In this document: one piece after another, positions 24,864 through 35,861 of the stretch
Layout of the letters: the number at the start of each line of letters is the position of its first letter
Position numbering within the stretch: position 1 is the stretch's first letter
Source: Minutocellus sp. GHC0000111
Lineage: Eukaryota
Length of the DNA stretch: 64,000 bases
Direction: 5' to 3'
Assembly: GCA_977018835.1 (NCBI GenBank)
Contig: OZ361258.1
Coordinates: 4,526,001-4,590,000, forward strand
The notes under the pieces: generated by a model
What the model saw: the letters and a program-made list of their open reading frames with translations, nothing else
What the model was told of the DNA's origin: nothing
Database searches by the model: none
Made by a program: the position numbers and the translations under genes

Positions 24864-26093
24864 TTATGCATTTTCCTCTTCTTCTTCCTCTTCATCTTGA
24901 TGACCAGGGATGAATCCAACATATCGTTCACCTTTATCATTTGGATAAATGAACCTAATGCAAAAGACTAGACAGGTTGGCAAGGGCTTCCGATCAAGCC
25001 AACCTCTCACATGATACACCTCAGTTGCATAGTACCAATACAGCATGTTCCTCTTCAAATTATTTGCCATGGCTTCGACTGGCATGGTGGTTGCGTAGTA
25101 TTTGTCAGCGATATCCTCCAGGTCCTCCTCCGTCGGCACAAGCATTTCTTCGCAGACGCATTTCTGAAAGAAGAGTGTGCCGTACATTGAGCAGCTTCGG
25201 TTGGCGGCAGTGCAGCAAGCAGGGGGTATTGGCGGCCTCTCTCTGGTCTCGTCCCAATTACCGAATGTGTCTGCCTCCGGCGCTGCCGTCGGATCATCGT
25301 CGGCTTCCTCACAAACGGCCGCAACAAGAGCATCCGTGTCCGATCTGATCGCTGCTGATGGCCCACCATCTACCTGCAGAAGTTGGCCCATTCCAACAAT
25401 ATCAAAATCAACTAGTCCAATCCCAGCAGTAGAGTGTATGTCATCATATGGAGCCACATGCCATCGGTGGAACTTTGTCAATTTGATCACATGGCCCTGT
25501 TGTAGACTTCGGGCCTTTTCGGTAATTGTCAGGGCAACACGAGCGACGATAAGCTTTCCGCTTCCATCAAGCAAAGTAAGCGATGTGGTGTTGAAAGGTC
25601 GGCCGTGCGCAGCAAGAGCCGATCCAATATCGATCCGTTTCCCATGAAGTTGAAATATAGGGAAGAATTCAGGTCCGGCGTCAAACATGGGATCTTGCAA
25701 TTGATCGACGATGCCGACCGTCAGCCTCAACTTCACATCAGCCACGGACAGGTTGGTAACTACGAGGCCGGGCCGCTCAGCAGCGACATCAATATCATCC
25801 CGAACATGATACTTATCAGCGCGAGCCTCGACTGCTTTGACAAGATGTTGAAGTGCATGGCCGACGCCGGGATTGTTCCATAATTCTCGTCCTTGTCCGT
25901 TCGGGTCGTTCTCCAACGTGACGGCGAGGCCCTCCAGTATCTCGGTAACGGCGTCTTTCGCTTTGTCCTCCGCCTTCTCTTTCTTCTTGTCAACAGGCAA
26001 AATCGGGCGACCGGAGTTATCTGTCTTGAGTTTCCGCAACCGCGTATCTGCGTTGTGGGCCGGGCCGGCACTATTATCAGCGCTGCGCTTCAT
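24864..26093 (-). CDS. KolX-like accessory protein: RPA70N-like OB fold + Cys cluster + P2X7-C-like domain
   Basis: The C-terminal NNLKRNMLY..RKPLPTCLVFCIRFIYP..GERYVGF matches the KolX/P2RX7 intracellular-domain signature. The central segment resembles the RPA1 N-terminal OB fold. Confidence 0.8.
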   Translation of the reverse strand: MKRSADNSAGPAHNADTRLRKLKTDNSGRPILPVDKKKEKAEDKAKDAVTEILEGLAVTLENDPNGQGRELWNNPGVGHALQHLVKAVEARADKYHVRDDIDVAAERPGLVVTNLSVADVKLRLTVGIVDQLQDPMFDAGPEFFPIFQLHGKRIDIGSALAAHGRPFNTTSLTLLDGSGKLIVARVALTITEKARSLQQGHVIKLTKFHRWHVAPYDDIHSTAGIGLVDFDIVGMGQLLQVDGGPSAAIRSDTDALVAAVCEEADDDPTAAPEADTFGNWDETRERPPIPPACCTAANRSCSMYGTLFFQKCVCEEMLVPTEEDLEDIADKYYATTMPVEAMANNLKRNMLYWYYATEVYHVRGWLDRKPLPTCLVFCIRFIYPNDKGERYVGFIPGHQDEEEEEEENA

Positions 26094-26279
26094 CGTAATG
26101 AAGAGGGGGCAGAGCGGCGATTCTCATGGTGGGGTCGAGTTTTTGTCATGCTTCGCTCGTCATAAGAAATAAGAATAAGGGGGATTAAAAACGGGGAAAA
26201 GTATGGACAGCGCCCTCTTAATTGTACCTTCATATTCAGGTCAGCTGACAATTGGAAGCATTAATAGAGAGAGCATCTC

Positions 26280-27998
26280 ATGTCGTATCAAACCTCTCTG
26301 AACTTTGCTCCGGCCGTCCCGGTGCGGCGGAACAAGCCGACGCCCAAGCAAAGTCGCGGCAGTGGCGGCAGTAAGAGCAAGCAGTCCCCAGGTGCCCGAC
26401 CGTCATCTCCCGAGCCTGAATATGACGATGGCGGCAATGACGACGGTCACAATAAGCAATAGTCCTCGGCAAACCGAGGTCCAAGAGGACCGTCCCAGCT
26501 CGATGCATTGAATTACAGCGATAGCGACGAAGACAATGTTGCCACGAGTGGATCCAAACTCAAGGAACGACGAAGGGCGGCAGCCGCCAAGCTGCGCCGG
26601 CAAAAGGAGGCGGGGAAGCACAAGAGCAATAGCTTTTTGGAGGACACGGATGATGAAGATGAAGCGGGGGCCGAGGGTACAAAGAAGGATGTGACGCACA
26701 CTAAGAAGAATAAGCGGCTTGGCGGAAGCAACAATAAGAAAAAGAGGCGGGTGATTGAGGATGATGCAGAGGATGACATTGGTGATTTTATTGTCGATGA
26801 CGAGTCATCGGCACACGAGGAGGAAGATAATGGTGACGGCAGTGATCTCGAGGAGGAGGAGGAAGTTATTCCAACAAAGAAGAAGAATGTCAGGGCTGCA
26901 GATGATGGATCGGGCGACGAAGAGCCCATGAGTCATGCGGCTCTTGCCTTTCAGATGCAACTCGATCAGCAGGCGGCCAGGCAGGACGAGGAGCTTCTCG
27001 CCGAGATTATGATGGCCAACCGATCGCTGTCGGAGGACGAGGCCTTCCAAATATGGCTCGAAGATTTGGCATTACAGGCCGAGGCATATCTCAAGGCAAA
27101 TTCAGGGAAGGAAAAGGGACACGTCCATGTGTCGACCCTCCGTCAGCAAAGGGCGGCCTCTCAGATCGAACGACCTTTGTGCACTCGGCGGGAGAGCACG
27201 CTGGGCTCATCGGCGTGGCGACCAGAGTTTCGCGACGAGCTCAAACATCGGCCGCTGTATCGATCGTTCGAGCTGCATCAGCTGGCGGTGCCTGATGACG
27301 TCAAGAAATGCGGAGCGTGCGGGCGCGCGAGCGATCACATCACTCATCGCGTGGAATTTTCAGGGCCGAGAATCAATGCCGATCGAACGTGGCAGTCCTC
27401 GAGAGATTTGAAGCATGCCGACTGGGAGGCTTGCCTTGGACCAATGGGCAAAGATCAGGACGTGGGTGATGATGAAGGTGTCGAACCAATGACGTTTTAT
27501 GTAGGCGGCCACTGCCGTGCAAGGACAAAGCTATATCATTCCCTGCTTCATTTCAAGTTCATGGTATTCGATGAGACATTGGGCCTGTTGTCTGGTGATC
27601 ACAGCAACGTTGCAATCCGAATGCAGCTCAAGGCGAATGGGCAGGTTCTCGACCGACTCCTCAGTAAGAAGAAAAAGGGGGAAAATAAGGCTGGAGAAGC
27701 AGGAGAGGATGACAGCAGTCACCGCCCTCTTTCTGTGGAGGAACTTATGACCCACGGTGGCTTCGTAGAGAGGCAGCACGAGCGATGCCGCAACTTGATG
27801 GAGGAATCGGAAGAGAAGTGGGGCGGGCAAAAGGGAGAAAGGAACAAGGGATTGAGCGGACAAATGCCGAAGAAGAGAAATGGTGGGCAACAAGGGAGCC
27901 TTTTGACGATGCTGGGAGGAGGGAAAATGAAAGGCAAGTCGTCAGCAGGGCGAAAGCACCAATCCACCATCAACTTCAGTCCTAAGAAGCAGATCTAG
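26280..27998 (+). CDS. DUF4211/CCDC82-like nuclear protein with an in-frame TAG at 26460-26462
   Basis: ORFs 26280-26462 and 26508-27998 share a frame. Acidic/basic N-terminus, then SSAWRPEF, CGACGR and GGHCRARTKLYHSLLHFK. Confidence 0.65.
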
Positions 27999-28583
27999 AT
28001 CTACATGTGCATGTGTGTAGGAATTTGAAGTGTAGATTAGCATGCAGCAAGATTTAGTTTATGTGAAAATGCATAGTTTATGTGAAAATGCGGCTACCTA
28101 TCCAATTGGATTTGGTTCTAACTTTTCATTATGATAGATAGAAGCTATACTTAGCGGGACGACACCAACACCACCACCACCACCATGTGAAAAGATGTGA
28201 GACTCAAATAATGCCCGGCTGGCTCCAAGTCAGCTGCCCGTCTACCAAATAACGGAACGGCAAAAAATGGGGCGGGAGTGAAAAATAGCAGGCCTCGTTC
28301 CAGGCCTTTTGCCGTTTGCGGGTTTCTTTTGTCCCCTTGTTGTTGCTGTTGTCCGCCGCCATACCTAGGCCTAGGTACACAAAATCAAAACTTCTGGAGA
28401 TGCTCGACCCGCATCTCTAATTCGAATACATACGTAGCAGGAACTTGAAGAGTTGGTTGCTTCTCGCCCTGAAAGTTGCCAGAGTTGCTTGCAGAGAGGG
28501 AAGCCGTATCTACTTGATAGTAAGTTGTGTCACAGCACATACATCCATACTGCTCCCTGCGATTGCGAAGTGATCAATTTATC

Positions 28584-31500
28584 ATGTCGGCATCCGTCGC
28601 CTCCTCCCCAAGCGGTGGACATGCTCGTGCTGCTAATGCAAATACGAATGCCGCAGCAGCAGCAGCATCGCATCCATCATCCCCGCCATCCTCCGCCTCG
28701 CCGCCTTACACCCAGCCCGCGTACGTCCCCACGGCTCAATCGGCCGGCCTCCTGGCCGAACCCACCGACAGGGTCTACCTGACCAACCTCATCTGCCACG
28801 TTCGTCTGCAATTGGAATTCTTCGTCGCCACCGACGAAGACGAGGCCAGCCGCCTGTCCAAGGGCGGGGCAAAGCGTCCCATCGTCCCCGGCAGAGTCGG
28901 AATCCGATGCCTCCACTGCCGCCATCTGCCCATCCAGCAGCGGGCCAAGAACTACTCCACCTTCCCGGCAAGCATCCGGCTGATCAATCAGGCGGTGCGG
29001 AACTACCAGCGCTTCCACCTGCCCCTGTGCCAGGCCATCCCGGCCGACGTGCGGGAGGAGTACGACCGCCTCCGGCAGCAGGGACGGTTCATACCGCGGA
29101 ACACCCCGACGGTCGGCGGGAGGAAGATGTCGCACATGGAGTACTGGGACGAGTGCTGCAGGGCCAGGGGGTTGGTCGACATCGAGGAGGGGGGGAAGAT
29201 GGGCATCCGCTTTGCTGGTGGTACAGGTGCTGCTGCTCTTGCTGCTGCTACTTCTGCAGCCACAGCTCAGGCAATTCAGCCCAGCATGGTGGGCGCTGGT
29301 AATGGACAGGCTTATTCGGGAGCCGTTGGGACTGCCGCTGCAAACAGCATTAGCAATGGCGGGAGCAACGGTGCTGTAGCTGCAGGATATGTGCAGATTC
29401 CCCTTGTTTTTCAGGGACCTTCGTCATCACCAGCTGGTGCGGTAATGGCGACGGGAGTCGCCCAGCAGATGCGGGCGGCCCCTCAGAACAACGTGGGAGG
29501 TGATATTGATGCGCTTTTGGCCCAATTTTTGCAAAACAGTGCCAACCCTTGGCAGCCCAAGTTTCAACAGGAGGAAAGTGCAGCTGGTGCTGAATATGTT
29601 GGTGCACCAATTGCGTTCGCAGAAACTCAGGTGCCAAATGGGACTTCGACGAATTCAGCCGCTACATTCGCCGAAGGGCCGTCGGCACCTTTGGATTTCC
29701 CTGAGATAGAACCAGGCACTCGAGCGGCACCACCGAAGCCTTGCAATGGATCGCCTTTAAGCGGGACGCGATCCCTGGCAGTCCCCCCTATCCAAGAAAA
29801 TTCGGTCAAGATAAGCGATTGGACGAGCGCCGAAATGATTCGAGAAATGACCGCTCATGGGAGCCAGGTGGTCGATGCCGACCGATCCTATCAGCTCGAG
29901 GCGACCAACCTCGCCCTGACGCTGCTCAAGACGGTGAATTTTTTCCACCAGAGTGGTATTGCATTCGGCGATGACGCTATCAACTGCTCCAGCGTGCGGG
30001 TGCTGTCGCTTGGAGACGATGACTTTCCTGTGTACAGCATTGACATTACGGGCACTTCGTCTGGTAATTCGCCGCCCCCCTCATTTACGGAGGATCTCGT
30101 TCGAGAAGACTTGGCCAACGTCGGGGCAGTATTGTATGAGCTATTTTCGGGCATCCCGCCCTTTCAGAATCAAGAAGATGCGGATTTGTTTGATGCCCTC
30201 GCGGCAGCTGTTTTTGACGCAGAAGAAGAAAATGCCCCCGCAAAAAAGAAAAGGGACAAATCAAGCAGCAGCGCGGCCGCACAGTCTGGTGGGGGTGGGT
30301 TTATCCCCCTTCGGGACCTAGGACTGCCCGTGGCGATCAATGCCCTTGTTGCTGATCTAATGGCGTGTGGCCGAGAGGACGCAAAGGGACGGTACAAGCA
30401 TGCCGCCGACGTAGTTGCAGATGTTGAGCAAATGATAAATGATCCCGATCGTTGTCTCTTTGACATCGAAGACCAATCTGCTGAAAGTCGATATCAATGA
30501 GCACAAGAGGGATATCGGCTTGTCTTCCCGCAGGGAAAACTGTACGGTCGAGATGAAGACACCGCCAGCCTCCTGGATGTCTTCGAAAGGGTCATTTGCA
30601 ACAACGGAAGAACCAAGGTCGTTGCTGTGTCTGGCTACTCTGGTATAGGGAAGACGAGTCTCGTTTTACAGCTTCGCCAACCAACGATCGAGCGAGGTGG
30701 ATTCTTCATTTCCGGCAAATTCGACACTCTCCGTCAGGCGAAGCCATTGTCCGCAGTTGCACAAGCTTTGGATGCCTTCTGCGATGACCTAGCTTTAAGC
30801 CAGCATGCGCGCTCAGATCGTTTCAATGCCACCAGGGAAGCTATTAGTGATGCTATCGGCGACGGTGCAAAAGTTCTTGCTCGGCTCATTCCTAATCTTT
30901 GTAAGGTTGTCGAGTCCAGCACCCTTCGCAATTCCTCCATTTCTGAAGCCAGCGAGATTGATACCAAGGCATTGAATCGGCTCATGTACCTCTTCCGAAG
31001 ACTCTTCAGCGCTATAGCCACACCCACTCATCCCGTGATTCTCTTCATCGACGATCTTCAATGGGCCGATGCAATGAGCCTTGATTTGATCCGGGAAATT
31101 GTCTGTTCGAGCGACATGCAATCGTTTATGTTCATCGGATCCTATCGCAGCAATGAGGTCGACCAAGACCATCCACTTCTAGCTCAAATGTCGCAGATTC
31201 AAGGCGCTGGGGTTCCTTTGCTCAATATCGAGCTGAGCAGCATGAGCAAAATCAGTATCAACGCTCTAGTATCCGACACCCTCAAGTTATCGCCCTTGTT
31301 GACGCGACCTCTTTCGGATGCGGTGTATTCCAAGACAAGCGGAAATTGTCTCTTTGTCGTTGAGTTGCTCGCTGATTTACACAGCCAAAATCTATTGAGA
31401 TATTCCATTAGTTCTCGCCGTTGGGAGTGGGATGATGATGCTGTGGTTGCCCTGGGAATCAAATCCAACGTAGTAGATTTGATGCGTAGGAAGCTACTTC

Positions 31501-33533
31501 GACTCGGTGCTGCAGAAATGTGGAGCGTCAAAGTTGCCGCATGCTTGGGAGCTCAGACTCAAGCATTGACGCTAGAATTACTTAGCCAAGGTCTCGGGCT
31601 AGCGGTAGAGAACGGCCTCGCCGCTCTTTTGCACCGTCCGGTAGATGAAGGCCTGTTGATGAAGGTTGGGTCGACGTATCGATTCAGCCATGACCAGATC
31701 CAGCAGGCCGCTTACTCGCTTGTCAGTACTAGTGACCGACCATCGTTCCATTTGCAGCTTGGACGAAGCCTCATAAAAGGTGCCATAGTTGAAGGGCTCG
31801 ACGGTGATATCCTTTTTACGTGTGTTGACCAATTCAATCGAGGCTCGGCTGAAATGAATGACCATTCCGAAAAGCTCTTCTCCGCACAGCTGAATCTTCA
31901 GGCGGCGAGAAGTGCCATTGCGTCCTCGACATTTCTTGCCGCATCAATTTACCTTCGATTTGCCAGAGCTTATCTTGAAGAGAATGATTGGCAAGGGAAC
32001 TACCACTTGTGTCTCGACATCTACACAAGTCTATCTGAAACTGAATATGTTACCGGCGAGTACGAGGAAATGACGATCAACCTCAACCAGGTTTTGTCAT
32101 GTACCAAAACATTGGACGATAAGCTTCCCGCGTACTATACACTCATCCGGGCAAGTGCAGCTCAAAACGACCTCAACATGGCTGTTAAAACATGCTTTGG
32201 AGTTTTGGAAGAGCTCGGAGAATCTTTTGAAGATGATGTAGATGTTTCTCTGATCATGAAGGAGTGTTCCATGATCAAGGCCATGCTTGAGGGAAAAGAC
32301 AAGGACTGGTTTATGAACCACACAGTAATGACAGATCGCCACAAATTGAATCTGATGAAGTTCCTCAACCTCAATTTTCCCTATCTTTATTACAGCAATC
32401 CTTTGAAATTGCCGTTGTTGGTCCGTCGAATGATTCGCTTGACCATCGAACATGGCATTTGCAAGTTTAGTGCGACAGCATTCAGCGCCTTCGGGATGTT
32501 TTGTTGTGGGTTTCTGGGCGATTATGCAGAGGGCTATTGGGTAGGAAAGATGGCCACGGCGATTGTCAAAAAGTTCGGTGCAAGGGATCTTATTACCAGA
32601 GTCAATTCCGCTCTGTGTGCAGGCATCAATGTCTGGACAGAGCCTCTGCAATCTACCCTCCTTATTGCTAATGCTGGATATAAAGCTGGCATTGCCTCTG
32701 GCGACCCAGAGTATGCCATGCTTTGCAAGCAGGTGCACACCATGACCTCGTTTCAGTGCGGTCAGCCCCTCGACGGAATCATCCCAATACTGAATGAATT
32801 GGGCAATGAATGCAAGCAATATCGAATGGAATTGATCACTACGCTAGTCGTCCCTTTATGGCAGGGCATTTTGAATTTGATGGGGACTTCGGCCTTTGGA
32901 AACGATCCTACCCTTCTTGATGGGGATGTTCTGCAGGGCGATGCATTCCTAGAATCACAAAGCGGTAGCAATCGAAAAGGAAATTACAGGTCTGCGATCT
33001 GCCAGTACTATTATGTGCGGCTTGTACTGGCCTACACATTTGGCCGCGACGAGATAGCTGCAGAGATGTACGACAAATGTTTGGAAGCTGAGCTTGATAA
33101 AAACTTGCTTGCCAGAACAACCATATGCGGTTGTGCATTCTTCGGTGCTCTTACCGCCCTTTCAATGCAACGAAAAGAACCAAACAATTCCAAGTGGTCC
33201 AACATTGTAGATTCGGTCATGCCTAGAATGGAAAAATGGACTTCGGCCTCTGCTTGGAATTGCCAACATAAGCTATCCTTCCTAAAGGCAGAGCAAAAGG
33301 CAAATTCAGGTGATCAACACGGGGCCGCTAACGCGTACGAGGAGGCTGTGGCACAAGCTCGCGAACATGCCTTTGTAAATGAGGAAGCCCTGATATGCGA
33401 GAGGTACGGTCATTTCCTCAAGACAATAGGTGATATGCTGTCGGCAAAGTATCAGTATCAAAATGCTTACGAGGCATATTAGAAGTGGGGTGCTCTCCGC
33501 AAGGTCGAAGACTTGTCGGCTTATGCTTCGTAA
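28584..33533 (+). CDS. Cys/His N-terminal domain + degenerate kinase + COG3899-like AAA/STAND ATPase + TPR-like region (paralog 3)
   Basis: VRLQLEFF..GRVGIRCLHC..NYQRFHLPLC; DLANVGAVLYELFSG; frameshift at ~30485; KLYGRD, SGYSGIGKT, LFIDDLQWAD, YRFSHDQIQQAAY. In-frame TAG at 33480-33482 is followed by KWGALRKV, ending at TAA 33531-33533. Confidence 0.8.
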
Positions 33534-33566
33534 AGGATATATCAACTAAGAATCCAAAGCTTAGAT

Positions 33567-35539
33567 TTATCTGCTCTCAAGTCCTGCTAGCGCTTTCTTG
33601 GCTCTCTGATTATTCGGGTCGTATGCCAAGACTTGTCGATACTGTGCTATCGATTCGTCCTCTCTTTTTAGCATGCTTAGAACTGCTGCCAGAGAGAGCC
33701 TGCATTTTAGATATGCTGGCTTGATTTGCAGAGTGCTCTTGTAAATGTCGACAGCCTCCTCCAGCTTATTTTGTCTTGCGAGCTCATTGCCCAGATTCAA
33801 TCCCGCAATGGTATTTGACGGATCTAATGAACGGACGGTTCGGAAATACTGTTCCGCCTTATCGTGCTATCCTGGCCGCTTAGAATATTTCCGAGTCCAT
33901 TCAATGCCTTCAAATTATTCGGTTGGATCGCAATGAGCTTTTCTAGATGACCTACGGCTTCGTCGTAGCGTTTTAGTTTCTCCAATCCAATGGCTATGTT
34001 GACCATCGCCTTTGGTTCGTCTGGTTTCATTTCAAGAGACTGTTCGTACAAGGGAACCGCTTCGTTCCAGCGCTCTTGTCGATTCATTTCGTTAGCTAGA
34101 TTCAGCTTGGCGCTTCGGGCTGATGGGTTCACACTTACGATGTGAGACCAAAATAACTCTTGTGATTCATAAATTTTTGCGTGGGCGTGTGTTTGCGACG
34201 CAAACACGGCCAAAAGTCCTAGAACACCAGCATTGAAAGAAAGCCGCTTGGTCTTGTCTTTGCCGCAAATGTTTTCGCCTAGCTTGCCTAGTCCAACAGA
34301 AACGCACGTGACTGGCCCCAAACAAGCAAGGTATTGAAATCGCTCCGCTACAAAAGAAAACTCCATGAATCCGAAGTCAAGAAATCCAAGAACAGGAAAC
34401 AATGTTCCTCCTAAATATAGCAGGGATGCAATCGGCAATCTACTTATTCTGCTTCGGAAAGCAAAAAGACAAAGAAGCAGTGCCACAACCCCAATGAAGC
34501 AAAGCACCCATAGCTCCATTTCTTCTTTTACATTCCATCTCGGATAGATGACCAACAATTTGTCAGGATAAAATAGTTTTGAGAGATAAAAGACGACACA
34601 ACGACTCGCAATGAGTATTCTTTGAGCCAAGGTGAAGCCAAAATCGACAGGCTCTCCTATTCGAGCAACGGAAACATCATAGGCAGCCATGGACAGGCCG
34701 ACGATGAAGAATGGCGCCGCTCTTTTCACTTCAGCTGCCTTTATTTGTCCTCGAATTACCCAGGGAACCAACAGTAGAACAGCTGGTAATGTGACGGTGC
34801 TTGTTTTGCTCAACATTGCCAATATGAAGAATATCAACGACAACCAAAAGTTTGAATCCCTTTCCAGTTGTGGCATCCTCATATTTGGATTCGTTACCAG
34901 GGAAGAAAGATAGAACAATCCTGAAAGCGTATCCTTTCGCTCTATTATCCAAGCCGTGCTCTCCACATTCATTGGGTGCAGGGCAAATATAAATGAAGCC
35001 AGCCAAGCCGCCCAGGCATCAACATTCAAATGCGCCAGTATCCTTCGCACCAGACATGCGTTAGCAATGTGCAGGATCACGTTCGTAAAATGACATAGAC
35101 CTGGTCGAAGACCGTGCAACCAAAACTCGAGCAGGAAGGAGGAATATGTCAAGGGCCAGAAATGGATTTCTCGCATTTTGGATGCATTAAACCATATGTT
35201 GTATATTCCGGAAATTGCGGATGGGTTGGTGATTTGTGCCGCGGGATTTTGTGGCTCATTTGCATTGAATACCAGTTCATCGTCCCAGACGCCCTCCATT
35301 GCATAAAATGTTGGCGAATAGCACGCAAAGACGGAAATGACGAGCACGAGAGTGCATAAGTATTCGGTGGCGTTGCTGGTTCGTCCGCTCGCTGGTGCTG
35401 ATCTCTTCCTCGGCGAAGCGCTGTTTCGTCCGCTCGCTGGTGCTGACCTCTTCCCCGGCGACGGGCTTCCAGAGCCGCCGGGGTCGTTTCCCCCACTACC
35501 GCCACGCTTCATGTTGCGACCCATTGCACGGCCGATCAC
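33567..35539 (-). CDS. TMTC-like GT-C protein O-mannosyltransferase with C-terminal TPRs
   Basis: WDD, WPLTYSSF, FALHPMNVESTAWIIERKD, AERFQYL and multiple TMs. TPRs continue in ORF 33567-33800 after a frameshift at ~33860. Confidence 0.8.
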
Positions 35540-35861
35540 CGCACAAATACCATTGGGGCGCAGAGGCGCAAGGGTGATGGCTACGCTGTGGAGTGGAGGG
35601 GTGGAGCCGCTCGTCGTTGGCCACTATCATCAGCTCGGCCGTCAGTCCTCAGACAAGTCAGGGGTGGCGTGGTCCGCGTGCTGGGGGCATAAATGTTGGC
35701 GCCCGTCTTACTCTCTTCCAGGGCTCAGGCACACCGACCGGTACATGTATAGGCATAGAAACCAACCCACCGTAGTAGAGTACTCTACGCTGCCTAGCTA
35801 GCTACGTAGATCAAGTAGCTAGATCTCTAGCTCTAGAAGATTTACATTAATACTCCATTAT

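Larger units (their letters stand above)
21844..26217. mobile_element. Full-length Kolobok-type DNA transposon (4,374 bp)
   Basis: Perfect 16-bp TIRs GAGGGCGCTGTCCATA (21844-21859; 26202-26217). TTAA at 21840-21843 and 26218-26221. RR...YY termini and two convergent ORFs. Confidence 0.9.

Noticed and set aside
21844..26217. piggyBac assignment based on TTAA
   Set aside because: The GA..TC termini, DGS/DGD/E motifs and KolX-like partner fit Kolobok instead.
4765..33482. TAA/TAG-to-Gln genetic code reassignment suggested by three in-frame stops
   Set aside because: Only three cases among many thousands of codons, and TAA/TAG terminate clear genes (NDK, Nudix, ClpX). Point mutation or sequencing error is more parsimonious.
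30627..33533. Hybrid sensor histidine kinase or bacterial contamination
   Set aside because: No GAF, HisKA or HATPase domain follows. Paralog 1 has a spliceosomal intron and the neighbours are eukaryotic.
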